From NCBI GenBank assembly GCA_030149525.1, contig JASBRJ010000054.1, forward strand, positions 599 through 64,598: 64,000 bases of DNA. The letters run 5' to 3'. Each line of letters starts with the position of its first letter. Position 1 is the first letter of the stretch. Source of the stretch: a bacterium (lineage in GTDB: Bacteria > Vulcanimicrobiota > Xenobia > Xenobiales > JADMJV01). The notes under the pieces are model-generated. The model saw only the letters and a list, made by a program, of their open reading frames with translations. It made no database searches and had not been told where the DNA came from. Shown here piece after piece: positions 1 to 8,917 of the stretch. Made by a program: the position numbers and the translations under genes.

Positions 1-322
1 CGCTTGTCTTGAAACGCTCACGCCTCACATCCCAATGAGGCTCATGCTCTATGGGGATCAGGCACGCGTCGTGGGTCCAATCTTCAAAAAGGGCCCGGTC
101 CTTCTCGAAGTGACTCTTGAGGTGGTGGCGTCGGTATCCGTCCCAGCGAGCTCCCAAAGTGAGATGATGGGCCCGCTCCAAGACATTGATAGAATCCAGT
201 TGAACATAGCCGAGTCGACGAACCAACTCACCCGTGTCTTGTCTTCCGGCCGGAGAGCGCAAAAGGTCCTGCCCTTTCAAGATTAGTTTTCTCGCCTGAG
301 CCGGGCTCAGCGTCTCCATCAT
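1..322 (-). CDS. YcaQ/AlkZ-family (HTH_42) crosslink-repair DNA glycosylase, N-terminal part; runs off the window edge
   Basis: Manual translation of minus strand: MMETLSPAQARKLILKGQ...LGYVQLDSINVLERAHHLTL...LFEDWTHDACLIP, with the family QxD motif; RBS AGGAG upstream; absent from the ORF track because it has no stop in the window. Confidence 0.8.
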   Translation of the reverse strand, partial: MMETLSPAQARKLILKGQDLLRSPAGRQDTGELVRRLGYVQLDSINVLERAHHLTLGARWDGYRRHHLKSHFEKDRALFEDWTHDACLIPIEHEPHWDVRRERFKTS

Positions 323-531
323 TTTCTCCTTCTGTCAACTTCTGTCATACACCGCCGGTAGCTTCGGGTTATGTTTCAGAATGTTCCAAAGGCTCCTAGC
401 TCGTGCTCGGTCAAAATTAAGAATCCGGCCCGAGCGGTAGTACCCCAAGTATCTTTTCCAACTCCCCCATTAAGAAATCCATCAAACCGCCGAAGCTTTC
501 TCCTGGGGGAAACTCGTCAGGAAAAAGTGAC

Positions 532-1308
532 TTGAGACAACGTACAGTTCTTATACTCTCCTCTCAAAGGGTTCTCGTGGATCTTATCGTCCGCCAATTG
601 GGTGGAGAATTCGACGATTTGAAAATCCTCTGCTCCAGTAGCGTTTCGCACACTTTGCATCTTTTGGAGAAACACAGCTTTGATATAGCAATTTGCTGCA
701 ACCGCCTGATCAGCCAGCGGCTTTTTCATATCTTCAACAAGGAAGATACCGCAATTATCGTTTTGAAGCGAAATCGCTTTGAGGCCATTTACGCTCCGCT
801 GAGGGAACACAATGTGGGACAAATCTATCTCAACGAGAGCTGGAGCCATCGGCTGTTCACTCTTTTTAGGTCTCGATGCAACCCTAAACTTTTCCGCCAA
901 GAAGCCCGTTTCCATATCCCCTCCCTGACGGCGGAACTGGCTGTAGCTCACTTTAGGGCCAAGGCGGAAGTGTTGAACGTCAACTCCCACGCCTTTCTGA
1001 TCGACTTCGACTATCGGCCGGAGTATGCCGGACTTTTGAACGGACTGTCCGCTACGCTGAACTTCCCCGTTCACTACCCGCACAAGACATTGGGTCCGGT
1101 GGAGGGGGCGGTTTTGAGAATCCATATTCTTGAGACTTGCAAGAACGGGATTCCAAGACGCATTCGTATGGTTGTTCTGATGAGGCAAATGACCGACGAA
1201 CAACAGAAACATCTCCACAGCAATCTCGATCAAGCCGCTCGGGAGACAGCCAACTACGAGGAACAGGTTGAACCGGACGATCAGGTCTACATCGCTTCAG
1301 GGGAGTGA
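532..1308 (+). CDS. Hypothetical protein with degenerate receiver-like N-terminus and PilZ-like C-terminal domain
   Basis: N-term TVLIL...SFDIAIC resembles a REC fold; RQEARF (RxxxR) followed by VLNVNSHAFLI resembles PilZ motifs. Confidence 0.45.
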   Translation: MRQRTVLILSSQRVLVDLIVRQLGGEFDDLKILCSSSVSHTLHLLEKHSFDIAICCNRLISQRLFHIFNKEDTAIIVLKRNRFEAIYAPLREHNVGQIYLNESWSHRLFTLFRSRCNPKLFRQEARFHIPSLTAELAVAHFRAKAEVLNVNSHAFLIDFDYRPEYAGLLNGLSATLNFPVHYPHKTLGPVEGAVLRIHILETCKNGIPRRIRMVVLMRQMTDEQQKHLHSNLDQAARETANYEEQVEPDDQVYIASGE

Positions 1309-1716
1309 CTTGAGTCTGAACTCCCAAGTGACACTTTTCTGACCTTCACCCGAAATTGTTGCCTGCAAACGATCGCCTACTCGGCGATAGTCGAGCCGCT
1401 GGGGGAAGTCGTGTTGAAGGTTCTGAAAAACAGCCCGGTGTTGTTCGGATTCCACGAGCTCAAAAGAGGTCCAAACCTTTCCCAGAGGGCAGGCCCGATA
1501 GACGACTCGACCGTCTGAGAGTTCGATACGAAGATGTTCGAAGAACACGACGGAACCATCCTTGAACTGGCGATTGAAGCCCATAAGGTTGCCGCCACGA
1601 ACCTCGCTCCAAACCTCTTCGTTACGATCGTTAACCCAATGTCCTGTGAGCCAGGACAGGTCTTGCGCCATAACGCCGGAGGAGAGCAAAAGCACCAGAA
1701 ATAATGTTCGTACCAT
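1297..1716 (-). CDS. Secreted DUF6265-like beta-barrel protein
   Basis: Signal peptide MVRTLFLVLLLSSGVMA; LSWLTGHW, EEVW, FFEHLRI, FQNLQHDFPQRLDY motifs; start moved to ATG 1716. Confidence 0.7.
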   Translation of the reverse strand: MVRTLFLVLLLSSGVMAQDLSWLTGHWVNDRNEEVWSEVRGGNLMGFNRQFKDGSVVFFEHLRIELSDGRVVYRACPLGKVWTSFELVESEQHRAVFQNLQHDFPQRLDYRRVGDRLQATISGEGQKSVTWEFRLKSLP

Positions 1717-1777
1717 CTTGGAATGATACACCCGAAGACCCGATAGGGAAACCACCGGACAATAAGAAGCCTTCCGA

Positions 1778-3643
1778 GTGGACCGATTTCTCAACAATCT
1801 CAGTAAATTAGGACGCCGGGACTCCGGGGGAACTTTCACCATCGACATGAGTCGCGCTCGCTTCAAATTGGCAGAATTCCAACTGGCCAAATACGAGCAC
1901 TATCCGAGATTTCTCCTCTCGGCAGCTGAAGCGGCCGGTTGCTCCTCACTGGACGTGACCCTTGTCCGGAGTAAAAAGCATGTGGCAGGTTTCATCACCA
2001 CCGTCTTTTTTCGGGGCTGGGCATTCGAGGATGAACAGCTTCACTACCTCGATCCTCTGCGGCAAAACGAAAATCTGGCTCCCTCCGTCCGCTATTTGGG
2101 AATCGCCCTATCCGCTCTTTGCTCTCGGGTTCCGGTCACCCTGAGAAGCCGTCGCGGCAACAAGTTTCTGAAGGTGAAATTTTCTCGCGACGGAGTGGAC
2201 GCCTCTAACGAAACGCTGGCCAATTTCCCGGACAACACCACCACCCTGCGAATCGGCATCAACCAGGGTCCGGTGCTTGATGAGAGCTTTCGAGAGACGG
2301 CTTTTTGGGCAGGCACCCCGATCACGTTCAATGGTCAGACCTACGTGAGTGAGGAGAACTGGCAACAGCTCTTCCAGGATTCTCTGGCGGCCCTGGTCGG
2401 TCGCCATCATGATCCGAACATCGTGGATCCTGGGCTCCTCAATCCGCGCCTGAAGATAGACGACCCGGAGGAAGACTTTTCCGCAGGTCTCATAATGTTG
2501 ACCAGTCCGGAGAAAGCACGCCGAATCGGGCTCAAATTCCTGGTTCACGGATTAGCCTATCCGGCCCACCCGGACTTGGAAAAACTGGACACCGGTGTTT
2601 GCGGATATCTGCGGGCCGATCACCTCAAACGTGACCTCTCCTACCAGGCTCTCCGACTCGAACCAGATCTCACCCTGGCCCGCAACGCCCTTGCCGGAAA
2701 GGTGAAGCGTCTTGCCAACAAGGTGCTAGAAACCAGAATCGCCTCCGAATTTCGTCAGCAGGCTCGCCTGGAGCGACTGTCTTACTTTCTCGACGGTGTA
2801 GCCTCCTCGCCTGTCGATGAGGAAATCCAGGAGGTTGAAAACCCACACCTGGAGGCCCTTAAAGAATCCGGTAAATATTTAGAGAAAATCCGAACGAACC
2901 GCTCTATCCCAAGATTTGCTCTGCGCAACGTCCGGGAGTACCTGGAGTGGATGAGACGTCAGGACAGGACCTCGGAGAACGCCCTTCTCTTAGAGTTTCT
3001 CTTCTCCACTCTGGCAGGCCATGAGCCGGCCGTCCCTGCTGTGAACTCTCTAGTGAAGCGATACATCCAAAAGGTTCAGGAGTGGAGATGGGATGAAATG
3101 GCCCCTTTGGGGACGGCCATAGACTCTTCCTGGCTTCTCCCGGGCCGTTTTCAAGACGAGAGTCACACCCCTACCTCCCCCCTTCCGGACTGGGCCGAAT
3201 TGGTCGTTTTGCTTCAAAACGCTGGGGTGAAAGAAGCCCTGGAAACCCTGGAGAACAAACCCAAATTCGGACTGAAAGAACATGCCGACATCTGGTTCGC
3301 TCTCTTCTGGCACGGCTTCAAAGGCCAACTGGCCTGGGAATTGGAGACCCACATTCGTGCCCGGCTGTCCGTCTTGGCACCGGATGGCGACAGACGTGGT
3401 TGGCCGCTGGAGTATCTCTATTCAAACCATTACACGGAGGAGGATTTTTGGCCGCGATTTTTCTACACGATCGTCTTCCTCAAGGACAAGGAACGACTCA
3501 AGCAGTTTTGGCAAAACTTGATTTTTCAGTCTCTGGTCGACGCTGTGCTAAAGAGCGACGACTCACTTCAAGCCCTTCAAACACCGTTTTTGGAGCGAGC
3601 TTTGGAAGAAGACGAAACCATCTCTCCTCGACGATTTTTCTAA
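1778..3643 (+). CDS. Hypothetical protein with degenerate GHKL/Hsp90-like N-terminal domain
   Basis: 621 aa ORF; N-term GTFTIDMSRARFKLAEFQL...LLSAAEAAG is shared with the paralog at 27602. Confidence 0.6.
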   Translation: MDRFLNNLSKLGRRDSGGTFTIDMSRARFKLAEFQLAKYEHYPRFLLSAAEAAGCSSLDVTLVRSKKHVAGFITTVFFRGWAFEDEQLHYLDPLRQNENLAPSVRYLGIALSALCSRVPVTLRSRRGNKFLKVKFSRDGVDASNETLANFPDNTTTLRIGINQGPVLDESFRETAFWAGTPITFNGQTYVSEENWQQLFQDSLAALVGRHHDPNIVDPGLLNPRLKIDDPEEDFSAGLIMLTSPEKARRIGLKFLVHGLAYPAHPDLEKLDTGVCGYLRADHLKRDLSYQALRLEPDLTLARNALAGKVKRLANKVLETRIASEFRQQARLERLSYFLDGVASSPVDEEIQEVENPHLEALKESGKYLEKIRTNRSIPRFALRNVREYLEWMRRQDRTSENALLLEFLFSTLAGHEPAVPAVNSLVKRYIQKVQEWRWDEMAPLGTAIDSSWLLPGRFQDESHTPTSPLPDWAELVVLLQNAGVKEALETLENKPKFGLKEHADIWFALFWHGFKGQLAWELETHIRARLSVLAPDGDRRGWPLEYLYSNHYTEEDFWPRFFYTIVFLKDKERLKQFWQNLIFQSLVDAVLKSDDSLQALQTPFLERALEEDETISPRRFF

Positions 3644-4632
3644 GGAAGAACTTCCACAAGCACCTTACCAAAACGAGCGAAGTCCTGGATGTGGGGAAGA
3701 TGGCCGAGGCCTTCCAACTCGATCAATTTCCCGTCGGGGATATCGGCCACGACCTTCTTGCCCAGGGCCGGGTAGTCGCCCATGGTAGCTGCAACTTCAG
3801 CTGAAACAAGGTTCTTCCCTAACGCTGTACGATCTCGCTGCCCCAGGATCAGCACGGTGGGAACATCCAGTTGGGAGAACTCGTACACTACCGGCTGGGT
3901 GAAAATCATGTCGTAGGTGAGCGCCGCATTCCAAGCCAGACGAGGATAGTCCGGGCTTTCCAGAGGAGCGGCCAAAAGATAGACCCAAGGGTCGTATTTC
4001 TTGTCCCACTCTCCGAAGTAGTAGCTCTCCAATTGATAATTCTTAATTCCGGCCGCTGTCTTCTTCAACTCCTGTTCATACCACTGATCCACGCCAACAT
4101 ACGGCACTTTGAGTTTCCAGTCTTCCAGACCAATAGGATTGACAAGAATGAGCCTTTCCGTGTTTTGGGGATACATCAGCGCGTAACGAGTGGCAAGCAT
4201 TCCGCCCATGGAGTGCCCTAGAACCACGCACCTTTGAATCCCCTCCTTCTCAAGAAGATTCCGCGTATTCTCGGCCAACTGCTGGAACGTGTATTGGTAA
4301 GAATCCGGTTTGGTCGACTTTCCAAAGCCTATCTGGTCGGGCACGATGACGTTGTAGCCTTCGGCCAGAAGCATCTTCATGGTCTCCCCCCAGTAGGCTC
4401 CGTTGAAGTTTTTCCCGTGCAAAAGCAGTACGGTGGTGCCGTTGGGCCGGGGACTCTTCTCATACTGATAAGCCATAGAAAGCTTCTGCTGTTGAGATCG
4501 GAAGGTGTATCTCTTCACTTGATACGGATAGTCGTAACCTTCAAGATTGATGCCGAGGGTCTCTCGGGCCAGAGCGGGCGAAAGCAGAAGGCTAAAACAA
4601 ACTAAAAATGCGAGAAGGTTGTGTTGACTCAT
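3640..4632 (-). CDS. Secreted alpha/beta hydrolase
   Basis: Signal peptide; LLLHGKNF, PDQIGFGKS, GHSMGG nucleophile elbow, GHLPH. Confidence 0.9.
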   Translation of the reverse strand: MSQHNLLAFLVCFSLLLSPALARETLGINLEGYDYPYQVKRYTFRSQQQKLSMAYQYEKSPRPNGTTVLLLHGKNFNGAYWGETMKMLLAEGYNVIVPDQIGFGKSTKPDSYQYTFQQLAENTRNLLEKEGIQRCVVLGHSMGGMLATRYALMYPQNTERLILVNPIGLEDWKLKVPYVGVDQWYEQELKKTAAGIKNYQLESYYFGEWDKKYDPWVYLLAAPLESPDYPRLAWNAALTYDMIFTQPVVYEFSQLDVPTVLILGQRDRTALGKNLVSAEVAATMGDYPALGKKVVADIPDGKLIELEGLGHLPHIQDFARFGKVLVEVLP

Positions 4633-4715
4633 ATTTCCGCACTTTAACGGGTTGACACCCGTGGCCTACACCCCCTGGGAGAACTTGAGGGACATCTGAG
4701 GGGATATATCCCTTC

Positions 4716-5591
4716 TCAGTAAGTCTGCTCCAAAGCGTGATAAATCCGTTGAATGTTATCGTACTGCTCTTCTGTGTAGTGAGTATCCAGAGGCTTCTGA
4801 GCAGCCGCCTGCTTGTATCCGCTGATAGCTCTGGCCAGGAGCCGAGGATCGCTTTTGTGGAGCGCGCGAATTCGCTCCTCAGAGAGGCTGCTCACCTCAA
4901 GTGCGGCCTGCCGATTCTTTCTATCGATCCGGTCAAACTCACCTTGATGGTGTGACGTCATGGTGCGAACCATCATTTCGTCGGCTCCACTGACCTTCAT
5001 ACAGTAATCGGTGGCAAGACCCGCCTTGCCGGCGACCCCTACGGGACCGGGCACCAGACTCATCCCGGTCAGAAAACCGTTACTCGCACTCTCCCAGGCA
5101 TCCACCCCACGGCCTTTGTAGGCAAAATATCCCACATGAGCAACGTCGTTGAAAATGGAGACACCGTTGGCGACATGGCCAAGAACTTTAGTCTTCTCGT
5201 TTTCACCGGCAAGACCGGCAGCGGAGGAGACCGACGACAAAAGCTCTGCTCCTCCTTGAGCATAGTTGCCCTGCTTAAAGTTGTGATAGGCGGAGCGAGC
5301 GTAGGTGACAGCCGAAGCGGTCGAGTTGGCAGCACCCACCCGCCCTTTAAGGCCTAAATCTGAGAGGGCGACGGTTCCACTTGGTTGAGGTTTCGTGAGA
5401 AGCTGGGCGCGGCGCTTGTGCTCCAGAGCCCAACGATTTCGTCTTACCCGGCGCTTCACCACTCGGGTCTCCTTACGCCACTTTTTCTCTCTTGGCAGTT
5501 CCTTCTTGAGGATGGCCATGCGTCGCTCCAACCGTCGTTGACTGAGTGTCTTGGGGGCGCTCTCACCATTGGAAATTGTGCTCATGTTCAT
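4716..5591 (-). CDS. Hypothetical protein (basic N-terminus, Gly/Ala-rich hydrophobic helices)
   Basis: 291 aa ORF with strong RBS GAGGAGG. Confidence 0.6.
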   Translation of the reverse strand: MNMSTISNGESAPKTLSQRRLERRMAILKKELPREKKWRKETRVVKRRVRRNRWALEHKRRAQLLTKPQPSGTVALSDLGLKGRVGAANSTASAVTYARSAYHNFKQGNYAQGGAELLSSVSSAAGLAGENEKTKVLGHVANGVSIFNDVAHVGYFAYKGRGVDAWESASNGFLTGMSLVPGPVGVAGKAGLATDYCMKVSGADEMMVRTMTSHHQGEFDRIDRKNRQAALEVSSLSEERIRALHKSDPRLLARAISGYKQAAAQKPLDTHYTEEQYDNIQRIYHALEQTY

Positions 5592-5693
5592 CCTCCTCGC
5601 AGAATCATAAGTGCGACGCAGCCTCTCAATCAGTGACGGTCGTCAACAAATTCAAGGATCGGCGCTCATTCTTGAGAACATGAAGATTGAGTT

Positions 5694-6662
5694 ATGGATG
5701 CCGGAGCGATCATCGTTGGGTTACCGCCCTCCTACACAGCTAAAGCCAAGGCGGCTAAGGCCCCGCAAAAGACCTTCCCCCTGGAAGGTCGCAAAGGCGA
5801 TCTTTTCGAGGCGGTTTCTCATTTAGGCCGCACTAGCCCCGATGGGCCCACCTACCCCGGGATCGGCTCTATCATCTTCCCCTCGCTCGACGCCATGGAT
5901 GAAACGGTCAAAGCGCTGGGAAAGAAGCCTACCCCCGAGGAAGTCGACCGCTCTAACCTGCGAAGGCTCACTAGAGCTTTAGAACCCGTGCTTTCCGCCT
6001 ATCAGGATTGCTATCCGGAGAAAGGCTTCGACAAGGCTTCCAAAGAGTTGAAGTCGGTGGGGAAAGCTCTTGGGAGCTACAAAGATCTGGCTGTTGTGGA
6101 GAGCGAACTGAAGGCTGTTAACCACGGGGTGGTTCCCAAAGATGTCCAAAAGGCGCTGGACAAATCTCGCAAGAAGAGCGAGGAGAAGTTTAAAGACGCC
6201 TATCGACACTTTCGCAAAAAAGGGCTTCCGAAGGCCCAGGAAGTTCTCTCCAAACCCACCCTCACCGGCGTTCCCGACCCACAGAAACTGGTCAAAGATG
6301 ATCGGACTCGACTTTCGGCCCAGGTGAGCGATTGTCTCGGAAAAACAGAGAAAGTGGGTCTGCACAATCAAGATCCCCACGACTTCCACGAAGGCCGAAA
6401 AGCCTTGCGCTCCACCCTGAATGCCATCAACGCTTCTTCCCAAACCGTGCCGGTAGATAAGCCCGCGGTGGAGCGAGCGACCCAGTTGGTGGACCTTTAC
6501 GGACAAGCTCAAGACGCCAACATCTGTGCCGAGTGGTTGAAGGATAAGGGGTTCAAAGGTCTGGCTAAAAAGGCTCGAGCGCGCTTCGAAACCCTTCAAA
6601 GCCAAGCTCTCGAGCAGGCTCAAGGGTTCGACCTTCATTCCCTCAGGCCTCAGGACTCATAA
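5694..6662 (+). CDS. CHAD-domain (polyphosphate-binding) protein
   Basis: Helical Lys/Arg-rich; LKSVGKALGSYKDLAV and DFHEGRKALRSTL...LYGQAQD match CHAD repeats. Confidence 0.7.
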   Translation: MDAGAIIVGLPPSYTAKAKAAKAPQKTFPLEGRKGDLFEAVSHLGRTSPDGPTYPGIGSIIFPSLDAMDETVKALGKKPTPEEVDRSNLRRLTRALEPVLSAYQDCYPEKGFDKASKELKSVGKALGSYKDLAVVESELKAVNHGVVPKDVQKALDKSRKKSEEKFKDAYRHFRKKGLPKAQEVLSKPTLTGVPDPQKLVKDDRTRLSAQVSDCLGKTEKVGLHNQDPHDFHEGRKALRSTLNAINASSQTVPVDKPAVERATQLVDLYGQAQDANICAEWLKDKGFKGLAKKARARFETLQSQALEQAQGFDLHSLRPQDS

Positions 6663-6670
6663 ACTTCTCC

Positions 6671-7234
6671 ATGTCTCGAGAGCCGGAGCCACAAGTCGTC
6701 GGTCATGCCGTGCAAGAGTTTATCGACGGTAGTCTCAAGGACGGCGATGAGGTCCTCCTTCTTCTTCAAGAGCACAATAACCGACTTAGAGCCCAGGTGC
6801 CCACCAACCCGCAAGCGGCTCTTAGGGCCAACGTCTTTCCTCAAGCCTTTGAGCTGGTGAGACACGCCGTGCGCCTGGCCCAGGAGTTTGCCCGACGCCA
6901 AGACACCATGCGAGAAGAAAAAGCCCTCCACCTCCGAACCGGCCCGGTTTGTTGGGTGCATGGCCATCATCGCCACCTGGTAGGACCGGCCATGCTGGAT
7001 TGGGCGGAGTGTAACGAACGATTGGGAAACCAGGAGAAAGCCGCCATGATCTATGACGCGGTGGTGAAAGATTTTGTCGAAATTTTGGATTGGGACCAAA
7101 ACGATAAAGGCTATAAAATCGCTTTGGAATCGCTTAAGAAAGCGTTGGAGAAATCCCCGCAAGCGGCTCCGGCTCTCCTTGAAAAAACTAACAGAAAGCT
7201 TGCTGTGACTTTCGATAAACCATCTGAAAACTGA
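6671..7234 (+). CDS. Hypothetical alpha-helical (TPR-like) protein
   Basis: 187 aa ORF 8 bp after the CHAD gene. Confidence 0.6.
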   Translation: MSREPEPQVVGHAVQEFIDGSLKDGDEVLLLLQEHNNRLRAQVPTNPQAALRANVFPQAFELVRHAVRLAQEFARRQDTMREEKALHLRTGPVCWVHGHHRHLVGPAMLDWAECNERLGNQEKAAMIYDAVVKDFVEILDWDQNDKGYKIALESLKKALEKSPQAAPALLEKTNRKLAVTFDKPSEN

Positions 7235-8378
7235 GCCAGGCCGCAAGACAGCTCGCGGCCACCAGAATCGGCATGGCCATGGGGGTGAGAGTTTGGAGAT
7301 ACCCGACCCCGCTTGCCGTAACCGCGGCGGCAACGCTTCCCATCAAGCCCATCAGCGCCGAAGCGCTTCCGGCACGGCCCGGTTGTTCTTCCAAGGCTCC
7401 GGTTGTGGCGCAGGGAAATGAAAAGCCGAGGCTCGCCACAAAACAAAAGATGGAGGCTTCAGCAAGAGCCAGCGGTCCCTCCCCCAACCATCCCAGCACA
7501 AAGAGTGGCAAGGTTGCCAAGAGTGTGATGGCAAGAACCCGGCTATAGACCCTTTGATGCCCGTATCTTCCCACCAATCGACTGTTGATCTGAGAGGCTA
7601 GAACAAATCCGGCCGCGTTGGCCCCGAAGACGATCCCGAACAGCCTGGGCGACATTCCAAAGAAGCTCTGATAGAGAAACGGCGACCCTGTGATGTAGGC
7701 GAAGAGTCCGATTCGGATGAAAGTTGAGGAGAGGGAGTAAGCCAAGAATCCACGATGCTTCAGTAACTCAATGAAAGTTCGAAAACTCCCCGTCAGACTG
7801 AGGGGCTTCCCTACCTCGGGATGAGTTGGTGGAACCTTCCAAAGTGTTCCAAGAAGACAGAGAAAGCCGTAAGCACCCATCATAAAGAAGAGAGGACGCC
7901 AACCTTGCCATTCCACGATGACGGCTCCAACGGAAGGAGCCAGGACAGGGGCGATCCCCATGATGAGAAGCAGGGCCGAAAAAACTCTGGCCATCTGAGC
8001 AGGCTCGAAAAGGTCCCTCACTACGGCGCGACAGATCACCATGCCCGCACAACCTCCAAGAGCTTGCACCACTCGGGCCAGAGCGAGCCATTCGATGGTA
8101 GGAGACACGGCACATAAAATGGAGCCGGCCAGATAGAGAACCAGCCCCACCAAGAGTGGCCCACGGCGGCCATAGCTGTCACTTACCGGGCCATAGATCA
8201 TTTGACCCACCGCGATACCGACAAAATAGCTTGCCATGGTATGACTGACGGCGGCGGCGTTGGTGGCGAACTCCTCTTCCAAAAGAGGGAAAGCCGGTAA
8301 GTAAAGGTCGATGGACATAGGCCCCATGGCCGCCAGGCAGCCAAGAACCAGTATCAGCGTTCGCCGGTCTCTCTCCAC
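7188..8378 (-). CDS. Bcr/CflA-family MFS multidrug efflux transporter
   Basis: SIDLYLPAFP, GPVSDSYGRRGPLL (MFS motif A), many TM helices. Confidence 0.92.
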   Translation of the reverse strand: MERDRRTLILVLGCLAAMGPMSIDLYLPAFPLLEEEFATNAAAVSHTMASYFVGIAVGQMIYGPVSDSYGRRGPLLVGLVLYLAGSILCAVSPTIEWLALARVVQALGGCAGMVICRAVVRDLFEPAQMARVFSALLLIMGIAPVLAPSVGAVIVEWQGWRPLFFMMGAYGFLCLLGTLWKVPPTHPEVGKPLSLTGSFRTFIELLKHRGFLAYSLSSTFIRIGLFAYITGSPFLYQSFFGMSPRLFGIVFGANAAGFVLASQINSRLVGRYGHQRVYSRVLAITLLATLPLFVLGWLGEGPLALAEASIFCFVASLGFSFPCATTGALEEQPGRAGSASALMGLMGSVAAAVTASGVGYLQTLTPMAMPILVAASCLAAWLSFQMVYRKSQQAFC

Positions 8379-8387
8379 GGGGAGAGC

Positions 8388-8852
8388 CTACGGGATTGAT
8401 GGAGGAACTCCCCTAGCAGGCTTGGTCTTTCCTTGAACAATAGTCAGGGGACAAAGAACTCCACATTCAAGCTCTCGGAGCGTTCTCTGATGATTCTTCT
8501 GGAGCCTTGTCCCCACCAACCCGCTCCTGAGCAGCAGGGCCAGAAGAAGAGCGAAGAGTCCCAACTCGAGAAAACTACACAGCCGGCTCAGTTGCGCCGC
8601 CTCTGCCACTCCAAGCAGCGTGAACGGTCCGGTAACGGTGTCCAAGAACGCCGCCACCAGAAGGAGTAGAGTGATAAAGCCTATACACCTTATCGGCATC
8701 CGGCTCTCCTCCACGACCTCTTCATGAAACTGTTCCGAGAGCACGGCAGCGGCTCGTTCCATCAAAGCCTGGCGCGGGAAATCCTCGGGTATAACATTCT
8801 TCATAGCAGCCTCCGTGTGTAAAGAGGCGACGACAAGAGAAAAAGTTCGCAC
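8388..8852 (-). CDS. Small membrane protein (start possibly 8804)
   Basis: Two hydrophobic segments; directly upstream of the MFS gene. Confidence 0.5.
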   Translation of the reverse strand: MRTFSLVVASLHTEAAMKNVIPEDFPRQALMERAAAVLSEQFHEEVVEESRMPIRCIGFITLLLLVAAFLDTVTGPFTLLGVAEAAQLSRLCSFLELGLFALLLALLLRSGLVGTRLQKNHQRTLRELECGVLCPLTIVQGKTKPARGVPPSIP

Positions 8853-8857
8853 CGGTT

Positions 8858-8898
8858 AAAATAAAAAAGCCCGCAATCGTGGCGAAACGATTGCAGGC
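8858..8898 (-). terminator. Rho-independent terminator of the subtilase gene
   Basis: Minus strand GCCTGCAATCGT-ttcgcc-ACGATTGCGGGC followed by TTTTTTATTTT. Confidence 0.8.
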
Positions 8899-8917
8899 GA
8901 ATGCCTCTAGTCCATTC

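Noticed and set aside
35-286. 83 aa plus-strand ORF
   Set aside because: Antisense shadow of the YcaQ-like gene
470-497. TTAA-N15-GCCGAAGC sigma28-like promoter upstream of 532
   Set aside because: Imperfect match and not repeated before other candidate genes
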